From: an uncultured Alphaproteobacteria bacterium
GTDB lineage: Bacteria; Pseudomonadota; Alphaproteobacteria; Rs-D84
NCBI GenBank assembly: GCA_934276735.1
Contig: CAKQTG010000001.1
Location: 350,134-414,133 of the forward strand
Direction of reading: 5' to 3'
Length of the DNA stretch: 64,000 nt
Shown: positions 25,544 through 35,682 of the stretch, in pieces
Layout of the letters: each line of letters begins with the position of its first letter
Numbering within the stretch: the stretch's first letter is position 1
Translations under genes and position numbers: made by a program
The notes under the pieces: model-generated
What the model was told of the DNA's origin: nothing
Database searches by the model: none
Seen by the model: the letters and a program-made list of their open reading frames with translations, nothing else

Positions 25544-26539
25544 ATGGCGCACCAGTTCTTTTTTAATCCGTTCATATTGGACAACCTGCCGGCACCCAGT
25601 GCGGGTTTTGATGTTGTTCAGGATTTGTCAGAACCGCGTTTACGCATGTATGTGACCAGCCGTGGGGTCAAGACGTTCTTTGTTCGTCATCGTGTGCGTG
25701 GGCGCGATCGTCGCTTTATCATCGGAAATTATCCGGATATGGATATCGAAGATGCGCGCAGTGCCGTGGCTGACATTTTGGCGCGTGCTGATGCACCGGT
25801 GCCGACGCGTCGTCGCAAAATTAAATTTTCAAAATTTGTTGATTTGTATATGACGAATCGCGTGCGTCGCGTGCCGGCGTCGCGTGAAAAATTGCGTCGT
25901 GCGATAACGCGCCATCTGGGGCGTCTGGCGGATAAAAACATGTCCGATATTACGCGCGATGATTGTGAACGTGTGATATCAAATATCGATGGCGTTGCAA
26001 TACGTGGTCGCATGCAGGAATTATTACAGAGCATGTTCGCATATGCCGCAGAAAACGGGTACGTGGAAAACATAATTTCTGATTTGCCCAAGGTCGCGCA
26101 AAACCGTCGTGTGCGTCCGCTGAACATATTTGCGTTTCATCAATTGATGGATTCGATAAATGCGGAAAAATCACCTGTTCTGCGTGCGGCGTTTTTGATG
26201 TTGGTGTATGGATTTGCGCCAAAGTCACGCGTGTTTGCAATGCAGTGGCGTGACCTGGATTTCAATCATTATATGTGGAACGATATGCCACTGTCAGACC
26301 AGGCGGTTGTGCTGTTACAGGATTTGCCGCAAAATGGTCGCTGGGTTTTCCCGGGGCGTGGCCGTGGGCATTTGACCGATCCACGTCGTGCGTGGCGTGC
26401 GGTTGCGGTTGCGGCTGGAATACCGACACTGACTATGGATGATGTTCATAAATTTTTAATGCGCAGATTGGTCTGGTCGCCTGACCGCGAAGATTTTCGC
26501 GAAAATATGAATTCTGTGCTGAACGAAATTATGGCCTAA
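25544..26539 (+). mobile_element. Tyrosine recombinase (P4-like integrase family), probably degenerate or inactive
   Basis: The N-terminal arm-binding-type segment (LPAPSAGFDVVQDLSEPRLRMYVTSRGVKTFFVRHRVRGRDRRFIIGNYPDMDIEDAR) and core-binding region are recognisable. In the C-terminal part, the expected HxLRRT box reads MDDVHKFLMRR, and no LGH...Y catalytic-Tyr box precedes the stop. At 331 aa it is short for the family. Confidence 0.6.
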
Positions 26540-26673
26540 ACATATAATAGGTAAAATGTCAAGCCTTTGTTACCGTTTGTTATAATTTCTTGACACCAAT
26601 GTCATAAAATGATAGCGTTAAATAATGACGTCCCATATTGGGCCACAAATTTAACCGAAACAAAGGATAAAAA

Positions 26674-26907
26674 ATGACAACTTTTGAAAAAGTAAAAAAA
26701 ATCGTAGCTGAAAAACTGAATGTCAAAGAAGACACAATCACAGAAGCTTCTACATTCGTCAACGATTTGGGTGCTGATTCTTTGGATGTTGTAGAATTCG
26801 TTATGGAAGTTGAAAAAGAATTCGATATTACAATTCCTGACGAAGAAGCTGCAAAGCTGAACACAGTTGGTGATGCTGTTAAGTACATCGAAGCGCACCA
26901 GAAATAA
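26674..26907 (+). CDS. acpP: Acyl carrier protein
   Basis: 77 aa. The phosphopantetheine site is [19 protein letters not shown]. Confidence 0.95.
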   Translation: MTTFEKVKKIVAEKLNVKEDTITEASTFVNDLGADSLDVVEFVMEVEKEFDITIPDEEAAKLNTVGDAVKYIEAHQK

Positions 26908-26928
26908 TCCGGCGTTTCATAAAAAATG

Positions 26929-26966
26929 TCCGTCGCACGGGTATGACTCGGCGACGGATTTTTTTC
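26929..26966 (+). terminator. Terminator/attenuator between acpP and fabF
   Basis: TCCGTCGC...GCGACGGA stem followed by T8. Confidence 0.6.
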
Positions 26967-27030
26967 TGTATTTTACAGGACAAAGAGTTTATCATAAGAG
27001 TATGTTAAATCATGACAAAGGAAAAATTAT

Positions 27031-28281
27031 ATGAGAAGAGTCGTTATTACCGGTATGGGTATTGTATCGCCGTGCGGCACAGGTGTTGAGGTTGCATGGA
27101 AAAATGTTGTCGCAGGAAATTCTGGGATTCGTAAAATTGATACGTTTGATGCATCAATGCTGGCAACACAGATTGCGGGTTTGCCAATTCACGGGACAGA
27201 ACCAGGTCAATATAATCCCGAGGCTGTGCTGAATCCAAAAGAATTGCGCAAAATGGATAAATCAATTGTATACGGTGTTGTTGCCGCGGACGAGGCATTG
27301 CGTGATGCGGGACTGATTGATTATGACGGGGACAAGGAACGTTTTGGCGTGTCTGTGGGGGCTGGTATCGGCGGCCTGACGTCTATTTATGAAAATTGTA
27401 TTGAATTGTATAATGGCGGTCCGCGTCGCATCAGCCCGTTCTTTATTCCAAAATCTATTATCAATATGACGGCTGGTCACATTTCTATTAAATACGGATT
27501 AAAGGGCCCAAATCTGGCGGTGGTGACGGCGTGTGCGACTGGTGCTCATTCTATTGGCGAGGCTGCGCGTCTGATTGAACACGGCGATGCTGACATTATG
27601 GTTGCTGGTGGAACCGAAGGCGCGATTGACGTAATAGGCATTGCTGGGTTTAATGCAATGAAGGCATTGTCCACACGTAATGATAATCCGGCGGCGGCGT
27701 CACGTCCGTGGGATAAAGACCGCGATGGTTTCGTTATGTCCGAAGGTGCCGGCATTTTAATTCTGGAAGAATACGAACACGCCGTTGCACGTGGTGCCAA
27801 AATTTATGCCGAGGTTGCTGGATACGGCCTGTCGGGTGACGCGTATCACATCACTGCGCCGGCCGAAGGGGGCGAGGGCGGTCTGCGCGCAATGCGTGCG
27901 GCATTAAATGACGCCGGACTGAACCCGTCAGACGTTGATTATATAAACGCGCACGGCACATCAACGGGATTGGGCGACATTGGCGAATTGATGGCGGTTA
28001 AAAGCCTGTTTGGTGACGCGCCGGTATCAATGTCATCAACTAAATCTGTGACGGGACACCTGTTGGGTGCCGCCGGCGCGGTAGAGGCGATATTCTGCAC
28101 GCTGGCGATTCGTGACGGCGTTGTGCCACCAACAATCAACCTGGAAAATCCAGAAGATGCAGTTGGCGACTTTGACCTGGTGCCAAATGTGGCCAAGAAA
28201 CGCAAAGTTGATGTTGCAATCAGCAACAGTTTCGGATTTGGCGGAACAAACGCATCGTTGGTCTTGAAACGTGTAAAGTAA
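27031..28281 (+). CDS. fabF: 3-oxoacyl-ACP synthase II
   Basis: 416 aa. Active-site Cys context VVTACATGAHSIGEA. His motifs INAHGTSTGLGD and SSTKSVTGHLLGAAG. C-terminus NSFGFGGTNASLV. Confidence 0.93.
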   Translation: MRRVVITGMGIVSPCGTGVEVAWKNVVAGNSGIRKIDTFDASMLATQIAGLPIHGTEPGQYNPEAVLNPKELRKMDKSIVYGVVAADEALRDAGLIDYDGDKERFGVSVGAGIGGLTSIYENCIELYNGGPRRISPFFIPKSIINMTAGHISIKYGLKGPNLAVVTACATGAHSIGEAARLIEHGDADIMVAGGTEGAIDVIGIAGFNAMKALSTRNDNPAAASRPWDKDRDGFVMSEGAGILILEEYEHAVARGAKIYAEVAGYGLSGDAYHITAPAEGGEGGLRAMRAALNDAGLNPSDVDYINAHGTSTGLGDIGELMAVKSLFGDAPVSMSSTKSVTGHLLGAAGAVEAIFCTLAIRDGVVPPTINLENPEDAVGDFDLVPNVAKKRKVDVAISNSFGFGGTNASLVLKRVK

Positions 28282-28294
28282 AAGGCGGTGGCGT

Positions 28295-28513
28295 ATGAGT
28301 AAGTCTGTCAAATCCGTATTGACGTTTGTGGTGCTTTTTGTGCTTTTATTAGTTGGGGAACTGATAAAGGCTGCATTTGGCGATTTTTCTATGTCCGGCA
28401 TTGATGTGTTGGCTGTCGCGCTGGCGATTTATATGTGGGGCTTTTTTGAACTGATCCCAAACAAGATTGCTGGCAAGACATGGAGTGACGTCCGCAGTAA
28501 AAAAGCAAACTAA
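28295..28513 (+). CDS. Small two-TM membrane protein, hypothetical
   Basis: 72 aa with two hydrophobic helices. It starts 14 nt after the fabF stop, and a terminator follows. Confidence 0.45.
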   Translation: MSKSVKSVLTFVVLFVLLLVGELIKAAFGDFSMSGIDVLAVALAIYMWGFFELIPNKIAGKTWSDVRSKKAN

Positions 28514-28538
28514 AAAACGCCCGAACGGGCGTTTTTTA
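28512..28538. terminator. Bidirectional terminator
   Basis: AAAAAACGCCC-GAA-CGGGCGTTTTTT. An identical sequence recurs at 29784-29809. Confidence 0.75.
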
Positions 28539-29546
28539 TTTGTTCAGTTCAGAACGTAATTTTTCCAATTTTTGCAACGCGTCGCATGCGTCTGCCTCGT
28601 GGGGTTCTGTGCCATATATATAGTGTTTGATGTTTGTATAATCCCAATTTGGCGTGATGCACAGTGCCTGTTCCTGGGTCAGTGTTACGTAATTATGCGT
28701 AATTTCGCGTCCGTCACGGTCGGCGACTTGCTTTTGTGCGATGTCAACGGCTATACCGCCATCTTCGGAAACGACGATAATGCTGTTTATGCGACGGGCA
28801 CAGATTTTATGTTGTTCCAGTTTAATTGTCTGGGTGCATGCGCCAGCGAAACTCGATGCACTGGGGTCCCGGGCCACATATATATTCTCTGATGGCAGAT
28901 ATCCGACAACAATACCATTGGTGCCCAAATAATCCACGGTATCAAAGCCTTCTCTGTCGGTAACAGCGGATATTGTTTGTGGTGCCGATATGCCATTGTC
29001 CATGCATATTATGTTGCTATCATTTGGACATTTAACCAGTGTTATATATTCGTATGCGGCGTTACGAAAGTTCGGGCAACTTAGATAAATTTCTTGCCCG
29101 TTATCGCATTTTTTCATTGCCGTGTCACAATTGTTCGTAATGTCACCGGCACGACGGACAGGAACGCCGTCTTTGAAATCTGCGGGGACAAATGTTGTTG
29201 TGTAATTATACCTTGGGCCGCCTGAATTCGTAATATATTTAAAAAGCACAATTTTATTTTCGGTGTCATATATTCCATGGATTGTAAATGTTTGGTCATC
29301 GTATGTGCAATCCCATGCTAATTCTGGTTGAATTGCATCATTGTTGTCATCCATTATCCCCCGGGGAACTAATTTTATATCCTGGCCGTGTATGGTCGCG
29401 ATAACATTATCAACATCATATATGCGCAGTGTGATTGGTCCGGTCAAGTCCCCCAACGCAGCCTCGGGCCGCAGCACCGTTGTGGCGATTGGGCGGTCGC
29501 ACGCGGCCAGTATCAGTGCAAACAGCACGGTAAGTATTTTTTTCAT
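28536..29546 (-). CDS. Cys-rich lipoprotein, hypothetical
   Basis: The track ORF is trimmed to ATG 29546 (RBS GGGGGA). MKKILTVLFALILAAC has a lipobox. 336 aa, with no recognisable family. Confidence 0.6.
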   Translation of the reverse strand: MKKILTVLFALILAACDRPIATTVLRPEAALGDLTGPITLRIYDVDNVIATIHGQDIKLVPRGIMDDNNDAIQPELAWDCTYDDQTFTIHGIYDTENKIVLFKYITNSGGPRYNYTTTFVPADFKDGVPVRRAGDITNNCDTAMKKCDNGQEIYLSCPNFRNAAYEYITLVKCPNDSNIICMDNGISAPQTISAVTDREGFDTVDYLGTNGIVVGYLPSENIYVARDPSASSFAGACTQTIKLEQHKICARRINSIIVVSEDGGIAVDIAQKQVADRDGREITHNYVTLTQEQALCITPNWDYTNIKHYIYGTEPHEADACDALQKLEKLRSELNK

Positions 29547-29783
29547 TTGTGTTCCCCCTTGGTTATATAAACAAAATGCCACCAAAAAAATTGGTGGGTT
29601 GGAGTTTAAGCACAATCAGAAAGGATTGCGTGTCTTATTCAATATATTCGACACACCCCAACCCCAATCAATTGGGTTGGCGATTTTTTTCGTCATCACT
29701 GACGCTTTCTGATGGGTGCTTAAACCCAGTGCGGCAACACGCCACACGTGCGAATTATATCATAATGGATTTTTGTCGCCAAT

Positions 29784-29809
29784 AAAAAACGCCCGAACGG
29801 GCGTTTTTT
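29784..29809 (-). terminator. Terminator after the acyl-CoA synthetase gene
   Basis: AAAAAACGCCCGAACGGGCGTTTTTT lies immediately 3' of the stop at 29811. Confidence 0.7.
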
Positions 29810-29810
29810 A

Positions 29811-31502
29811 TTATTTTTTGTCCTTGTCATCGTCCTTGCCAAAACCGATGGTGGTTTTAATTGGATCGATGATGGTGCTTTTCGTGCTGTCAATTGTTCG
29901 TATCAGGGCACGACGTATTTTTCCACTGATCGTCATGGGCAGGCTGTCCACAAATTCAATCACGCGGGGGCATTTGTAATGCGCGGTGCGATTGCGAACG
30001 TGCTGTTGCAATTGACCCTTTAGAAATTCGGTCGGTTGAAAATATTTGTTCAGCACGATTGTCGCCTTGACCGCCATGCCACGCGATGCGTCGGGAATAC
30101 CGGTAACGGCACATTCGCGCACGGCGGGATGTTCAATCAGAACACTTTCCACCTCGAACGGGCTGACGCGATAACCTGATGTTTTAATCAGGTCGTCATT
30201 ACGGCCCACGAACCAGTAATATCCATCGGCGTCACGATATGCAACGTCGCCGGTATGATAGTATCCGTCGCGGAAAACGCTTGCCGTCAATTTTTCGGCA
30301 TTGTGATAGCCCTGGAACAGGCCGACTGGGCGACCGTTTTTCAGTGAAATGCAAATTTCACCAACTGTGTCATCTGGGACCGGGCGACCGCGTTCGTCCA
30401 GTAATTCCACGTCCCAACCGGCCGCCGGCATACCCATACTGCCGGGGCGTGGTTCAATCCATTCGTTGGTGAACAACATTACACAGGTTTCTGTCTGGCC
30501 AAAACCTTCGCGCAGTTTTATGCCGGTCTGGGCCAAAAATCTGTCATATACTTCGGGATTTAATGCTTCGCCTGCGATGTCAACCTTGGTCAAAGATGAC
30601 AAATCATACCTGGACAGGTCGCCGTGTATCAGCATCTTGTATGCGGTTGGTGGCGCACAGAACGATGTCACGTGATTTTCAGACATCGCGGTCAGCAAAT
30701 CGTGTGCAGTCGCAATCCCAGCAAAGTCATACACGAACACAGTCGCGCCTGCCATCCATTGGCCATACATTTTCCCCCACGAGCATTTTGCCCACCCGGA
30801 TTCTGATACCGTCAGATGTATGTCGCCATCACGCAGACGTTGCCAAAACACGGCCGTGTTTATGTGTCCCAATGGATATGTAAAATCGTGTGCAACCATT
30901 TTTGGCAAATCGGTTGTGCCACTGGTGAAATAAATCACCATTGTATCAGAATTCTGGTTTGGGACGCGTTCAAATGTTGTTGGCATTTCATCAATCGCGC
31001 GCGCAATTTCTGTGTTTGAAATCAGTTGAATCGCACTGTCGCCAATGGCGGCCGTGATTTCGTTCATCACCGTGCCGTCATCAAATGCGATGATTGCCTG
31101 AACGCCGGCCGTATCAATACGGTATTTAATATCTTCGGCCTTTAATTGATTGGTGGACGGAATTGGAATCGCCCCCAGTTTGTGCATAGCCATCATTAAA
31201 ATCCAATATTCCCAACGACGGCGCATAAATAACAGGGCAGTATCGCCTTTTTTTAATCCACGCGCGGCCAAGAAATTTGCCACCGAATTAGACATCAGTG
31301 ACAGGTCGCGATATGTGAATCTTTTTTTCTCGCCACTGTCATCAGTCCACAACAGGGCAACGTGGTCAGGTTCTTCGTTGGCCAGGACGTCAATAACATC
31401 GTATGCGAAATTAAAGTTATCAGGGACGTGAACAACGGCGTTCTGGCGATAATCATCATAACTGTCAAATTTATCTTTTGGCAAAAATCGTAATGCAAAC
31501 AT
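29811..31502 (-). CDS. AMP-forming acyl-CoA synthetase (medium-chain/acetyl-CoA synthetase-like)
   Basis: 563 aa. AMP-binding motif IYFTSGTTDLPKMV, then GQTE, YHTGDVAYRDADGYYWFVGRNDDLIKTSGYRVSPFEVE, and C-terminal ...SGKIRR. An extra roughly 30-aa Lys/Asp-rich tail follows. Confidence 0.85.
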   Translation of the reverse strand: MFALRFLPKDKFDSYDDYRQNAVVHVPDNFNFAYDVIDVLANEEPDHVALLWTDDSGEKKRFTYRDLSLMSNSVANFLAARGLKKGDTALLFMRRRWEYWILMMAMHKLGAIPIPSTNQLKAEDIKYRIDTAGVQAIIAFDDGTVMNEITAAIGDSAIQLISNTEIARAIDEMPTTFERVPNQNSDTMVIYFTSGTTDLPKMVAHDFTYPLGHINTAVFWQRLRDGDIHLTVSESGWAKCSWGKMYGQWMAGATVFVYDFAGIATAHDLLTAMSENHVTSFCAPPTAYKMLIHGDLSRYDLSSLTKVDIAGEALNPEVYDRFLAQTGIKLREGFGQTETCVMLFTNEWIEPRPGSMGMPAAGWDVELLDERGRPVPDDTVGEICISLKNGRPVGLFQGYHNAEKLTASVFRDGYYHTGDVAYRDADGYYWFVGRNDDLIKTSGYRVSPFEVESVLIEHPAVRECAVTGIPDASRGMAVKATIVLNKYFQPTEFLKGQLQQHVRNRTAHYKCPRVIEFVDSLPMTISGKIRRALIRTIDSTKSTIIDPIKTTIGFGKDDDKDKK

Positions 31503-31640
31503 ATTTATTCCTTTCGTTGTTGCTCTGATAAATATGGCAAAAAAAATGATATTTACAAGTATAAAGAAAAAATAAAAACAGTTGATTTTTTATTCAGTGC
31601 GTTGCATAATCCAACGCGCATAGAGAAAAACGCCAGTTTT

Positions 31641-31700
<60 letters not shown>

Positions 31701-31717
<17 letters not shown>

Positions 31718-31769
31718 CAATAAAAAAATACCGCGTCAGCGGTGTTTTTTTATTGTGCGCGCAGCGTGG
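31701..31769 (+). repeat. Direct repeat copy 1: tRNA-Pro 3' end plus downstream terminator
   Basis: CCCAGTCACTCCGACCACAATAAAAAAATACCGCGTCAGCGGTGTTTTTTTATTGTGCGCGCAGCGTGG. Confidence 0.9.
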
Positions 31770-31869
31770 GTTCGAACCAGCGAAAAAAGCGGTTCGAACC
31801 GCCGGCGCGAGGCAGACGGCAGTATGCCGGTGAACGTCAGTGAACGAGCCAAGGTCGCGCATAGCGCAG

Positions 31870-31937
31870 CCCAGTCACTCTGACCACAATAAAAAATCAC
31901 CGCGTCAGCGGTGTTTTTTATTGTGCGCGCAGCGTGG
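31870..31937 (+). repeat. Direct repeat copy 2: duplicated tRNA-Pro 3' end (att-like scar)
   Basis: CCCAGTCACTCTGACCACAATAAAAAATCACCGCGTCAGCGGTGTTTTTTATTGTGCGCGCAGCGTGG is nearly identical to 31701-31769. The intervening 100 bp contains GGTTCGAACC T-arm-like fragments. Confidence 0.9.
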
Positions 31938-32009
31938 ATGCTCCAGCGAGAAAAGTCCAAAAGATTAAATCAGTGGCAATTGATTTTTTATCTGTAATAA
32001 TACATCATT

Positions 32010-33023
32010 ATGCGTCGTAAAAAATTATATGATAAAAAATTAGTAAAGTTGGCCGGTGCTGTTATCGCAATGGGACTGGTTGGTATAATATATACGTTTG
32101 GAATCCAGTCGCCAATTCGTGAAAATACAACGTTCACGCTGGCGCGTGGCACGTCGGTTGCGTCGGTCGCGGGTGCGCTGGCGGCCCAGAATTTGATTCC
32201 GTCGCCTGATTTGTTCAAATTTGCGGTGCGCGTCCACGGCGGTAAAATCCAAAGCGGGGTATATGATATTCCACGTGGGGCCAGTGTGTGGCGCGTTGCG
32301 CGAATGTTGGCACGGGGCGATATTGCAACAACACAGGTTGTTATCCCCGAAGGGCTGACCATAAAACAGACCAAACAATTATTGTTGACCAGTGCGGCAT
32401 TGACGGGCGATGTGGAATGTGCAGTCGGAAACAATGCGCCGGTATGCAATTTGCGCGATGGCGATATATTCCCTGATACGTATCGGGTGGCGCGTGGGAC
32501 ATCACGCTTGGCGTTGTTGGAACTGGCACGCAAAAAGATGTCAAATATTCAGGACGCCTGGGGCAAGGCAGGGCGCGTTATGCCAAAGCCACTGAAAAAT
32601 TGGAACCAGGTTATAACATTGGCATCAATCGTTCAAAAGGAAACACCACGCGAATCGGAAATGCCGATTGTGGCCAGTGTGTATTTAAACCGTCTGAACA
32701 AAAATATGCGATTGCAGGCGGACCCGACCGTCGTTTATGCAATCACAAACGAATTGGGCGATATGCAGGGTGCACCGTTGTTGCGGGGGCATCTGCGCGT
32801 GGACAGTCCGTATAACACGTATACAAATAATGGTCTGCCACCGGCACCGATTGCCAATGTTGGCCAGGCGGCGATTCGTGCAGTGTTGCGTCCGGCGGAT
32901 ACCAATTACCTGTTTTTTGTTGCCGATGGGCGCGGTGGACACAAGTTTTCAAATTCATACCAAGAACACTTGCGCAATCATGCCGACTGGCGCGAGATAA
33001 AAAAAGTCAGAAACAAAAACTAA
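32010..33023 (+). CDS. mltG: Endolytic murein transglycosylase MltG (YceG-like)
   Basis: N-terminal TM helix. VVIPEGLTIKQ, ASIVQKETPRESEMPIVASVYLNRL...LQADPTVVY, SPYNTYTNNGLPPAPIANVG and YLFFVADGRGGHKFS match the YceG signature. Confidence 0.88.
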   Translation: MRRKKLYDKKLVKLAGAVIAMGLVGIIYTFGIQSPIRENTTFTLARGTSVASVAGALAAQNLIPSPDLFKFAVRVHGGKIQSGVYDIPRGASVWRVARMLARGDIATTQVVIPEGLTIKQTKQLLLTSAALTGDVECAVGNNAPVCNLRDGDIFPDTYRVARGTSRLALLELARKKMSNIQDAWGKAGRVMPKPLKNWNQVITLASIVQKETPRESEMPIVASVYLNRLNKNMRLQADPTVVYAITNELGDMQGAPLLRGHLRVDSPYNTYTNNGLPPAPIANVGQAAIRAVLRPADTNYLFFVADGRGGHKFSNSYQEHLRNHADWREIKKVRNKN

Positions 33024-33278
33024 AAATACGACAATCGTTAAAAAAATTAATGTTTTTTGATTTTGTGCGAAAATTGTATAAAAATGAAAAATGCCCGGAA
33101 AACAGGGCGTTTTTTATATGTTTTGGGAATTAAATCCGAATCGCGAACTCGCGAATTATAACATAAATTTGGAACTTTTGCAAAAATCTTTATTGTTGAA
33201 AATGGGTATATATTCACAGTAAAATGCTTATAACTAGAAAGCAATCTAGTGTTCTTTAACCAAAGGAAAGGATATATT

Positions 33279-34064
33279 ATGAAAAAATTAACGTTAACTT
33301 CCTTGATGGCTGTATTTGCGGTTTCGGCTGCGAACGCTGCGGCGATTAATGATAATCCGCTGTATCGTCCAGACCAGGGCAAATTTTACAGCGTGACTGC
33401 GGTGGCGTCTAATTCCAAGGCGACAACCAGTTGGGCAGCGTCCGAAGAATTCGGATATGGAATCACAGATAAATTGGCGATTGCGGTTGCAACATCTGTC
33501 AATGAAACCGATTGGTTTGATTCTTCTGATTGGGATACAATGGGCCTGGGTTTGTCCTATCGCGTAATGGATATGAATGGCTGGATGGTTGATTTGACCG
33601 GCAGTTATGGTGTTGGTCCAGTTATGCCATACAAAGGTTCGTTCCTGGATAAGGATTTGACATACTATCAGTGGTCAATTGGTGCCCAGGTTGGTAAAAC
33701 AATGGGTAATTTGACACTGGCTGGTCACGTTGCAATGGATTATGTGAACAGTGAATCGTTCAATTGGAATGATGACGGCTGGCACACAGTTCGCTTGGGC
33801 GCAGATGCGTTCTTGACATTGAACGACAACTGGGCATTGGTTGGTGGTGTTGAATATACCGGCACGACTGATGACAAGATGTTTGGTAAAGTCAAAGTTG
33901 AAAACGCTGGCACATGGACAGGCACAGTTGGTGTGAACTATAACTTCTGTGAAAACTCGTTTGTTGGCGCGTATGTTGGACGCGCAATGTCCCACAAAGC
34001 TGCCGGTGAATGGTCCACAGATGCAGGATTTGCATTTGGTGGCAAATTCGGTATCCAGTTCTAA
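33279..34064 (+). CDS. Outer-membrane beta-barrel protein, hypothetical
   Basis: The track ORF is trimmed to the MKKLTLTSLMAVFAVSAANA signal peptide (RBS AAAGGAAAGGA). Amphipathic strands and C-terminal ...FGGKFGIQF. Confidence 0.65.
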   Translation: MKKLTLTSLMAVFAVSAANAAAINDNPLYRPDQGKFYSVTAVASNSKATTSWAASEEFGYGITDKLAIAVATSVNETDWFDSSDWDTMGLGLSYRVMDMNGWMVDLTGSYGVGPVMPYKGSFLDKDLTYYQWSIGAQVGKTMGNLTLAGHVAMDYVNSESFNWNDDGWHTVRLGADAFLTLNDNWALVGGVEYTGTTDDKMFGKVKVENAGTWTGTVGVNYNFCENSFVGAYVGRAMSHKAAGEWSTDAGFAFGGKFGIQF

Positions 34065-34169
34065 TGATTTAATTAGAGAAAGGTATTGGCCCGCGCAGAT
34101 TGCGCGGGTCTTTGTTTTGAATTTTGTCCTGTTGTGCGATTGGGGCGCGGACGGTAACCTGGGGGATAA

Positions 34170-34931
34170 ATGATGGTCCGTGTGCGCTGGCTTTTTATAA
34201 TGATGATTGGTGTCGGTTTGGGCGCGGCGCGCGCCGACATTGGTGACGTCAGTCGTATTGTGCACCCCGGTGAATTTTCGGCACACTTTGGCGCGGCATT
34301 TGTCACGGGGCGCACGCGCGATGGACATTCCCAGACGGATTTTTCGGCCGGTCGCATACATAATACCAGTTTGACATTGGATTACAGTCCCGATGACAAT
34401 TTCACGGTGCAATTCAGCACGGATAACGATTATTCCGATACGCAAATTGGCGTGCTGTATAAAATATGGACAACCCCGCCATTGAAATTTGAGGCCGGCC
34501 TGGCATACGGTCCGGCGTGGACCCGGCGTGCCGACAATGGCGCGCGATATGGGCGAAATAACGTGACGCTGGATATGCGATTGCACGGTGTGCGGTGGCG
34601 ACGCGCGCAATGGTCGGTCAAATTGTCGCCCCAGTTTGTCAAGGACGGCGATGGAAATTTTTGGAATATTAAAATTTCGCCCCAGGTTATGTATTATTTC
34701 TTGGACGATGTTGCGGCAATTTTGGGGCTGGATTATGCGTTCTTGCAAATTTCGCGGCCCAAGACAATATATAATCGCGCCATCAGTGCCCAGGTTGTGT
34801 ATAATATGTCCACCGCCGCGTCAATAAATCCATATGTTAAATATCATTTTGAAACCAGGGACGCCGATAACAATTTGATGGACTATGATAACTATTGGAA
34901 ATTGGGTGTCGGTTTTTCGGTAAAATTCTGA
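34170..34931 (+). CDS. Outer-membrane beta-barrel protein, hypothetical
   Basis: Signal peptide ...GLGAARA. Strand-like alternation and C-terminal ...WKLGVGFSVKF. Confidence 0.55.
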   Translation: MMVRVRWLFIMMIGVGLGAARADIGDVSRIVHPGEFSAHFGAAFVTGRTRDGHSQTDFSAGRIHNTSLTLDYSPDDNFTVQFSTDNDYSDTQIGVLYKIWTTPPLKFEAGLAYGPAWTRRADNGARYGRNNVTLDMRLHGVRWRRAQWSVKLSPQFVKDGDGNFWNIKISPQVMYYFLDDVAAILGLDYAFLQISRPKTIYNRAISAQVVYNMSTAASINPYVKYHFETRDADNNLMDYDNYWKLGVGFSVKF

Positions 34932-35054
34932 TTGGTTTCTATATTTTTTATTTGTCCAGTTTTAGTCTTACACAAATAAATTGTTTGTCATTTGTGTGGC
35001 GGCGAATAACCCTTAAAAACAGGCGGTTTTTCAATGCGCGTGTTATAAAAATCC

Positions 35055-35083
35055 TTGACAATGTTGGGCTGTGTGATTATAGT
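35055..35083 (+). promoter_or_regulatory. Strong sigma70-like promoter of the str operon
   Basis: TTGACA, 17-nt spacer, TATAGT, about 150 nt upstream of rpsL. Confidence 0.6.
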
Positions 35084-35231
35084 ATGTTCGCTTTCCGTGT
35101 AAACAAGGAAAGTGAAAAACACAGAAATCTGCACGTTTGACAGGTTTATAATCGCGGAATTTCCGTTGAGATAAATCTGTGGGGCGGTTTTTGTGCAAGC
35201 AAAAAAAGAAGAACAAACAAAGAGATTTTGA

Positions 35232-35603
35232 ATGCCAACAGTAAATCAACTGATTCGGAAACCTCGTAAAAAGGTCGTTGTTAAGTCAACGGCCCCTGAT
35301 ATGATGGAGGCTCCGCAGAAACGTGGTGTTTGCACACGTGTGTACACAACCACACCAAAAAAACCTAACTCGGCGCAGCGTAAGGTTGCACGTGTTAAAC
35401 TGGCTAATGGTCGCGAAGTGACCGCATACATTCCAGGCGAAGGTCATAATTTGCAGGAACACAGCGTTGTTATGATTCGTGGCGGCCGTGTAAAGGACTT
35501 GCCTGGTGTGAAATATCACATCATTCGTGGTGTTTTGGATACCAAGGGCGTTGACAGCAGAAAGCAGGGTCGTTCCCTGTATGGTGCCAAAGCCGGCAAA
35601 TAA
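35232..35603 (+). CDS. rpsL: 30S ribosomal protein S12
   Basis: [14 protein letters not shown]...[16 protein letters not shown]... Confidence 0.97.
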   Translation: MPTVNQLIRKPRKKVVVKSTAPDMMEAPQKRGVCTRVYTTTPKKPNSAQRKVARVKLANGREVTAYIPGEGHNLQEHSVVMIRGGRVKDLPGVKYHIIRGVLDTKGVDSRKQGRSLYGAKAGK

Positions 35604-35682
35604 TTATAAGATAACCCATGCACATGGCACTGTCATGTGAGTAATCTGAACGAACAGATGAAGAAATAAAAGGAAAACAAAA

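Noticed and set aside
35137-35151. Perfect TTGACA and TATAAT hexamers in the rpsL leader.
   Set aside because: The hexamers are separated by only 3 nt, which is incompatible with sigma70 spacing. The TTGACA-17-TATAGT pair at 35055-35083 is the credible promoter.
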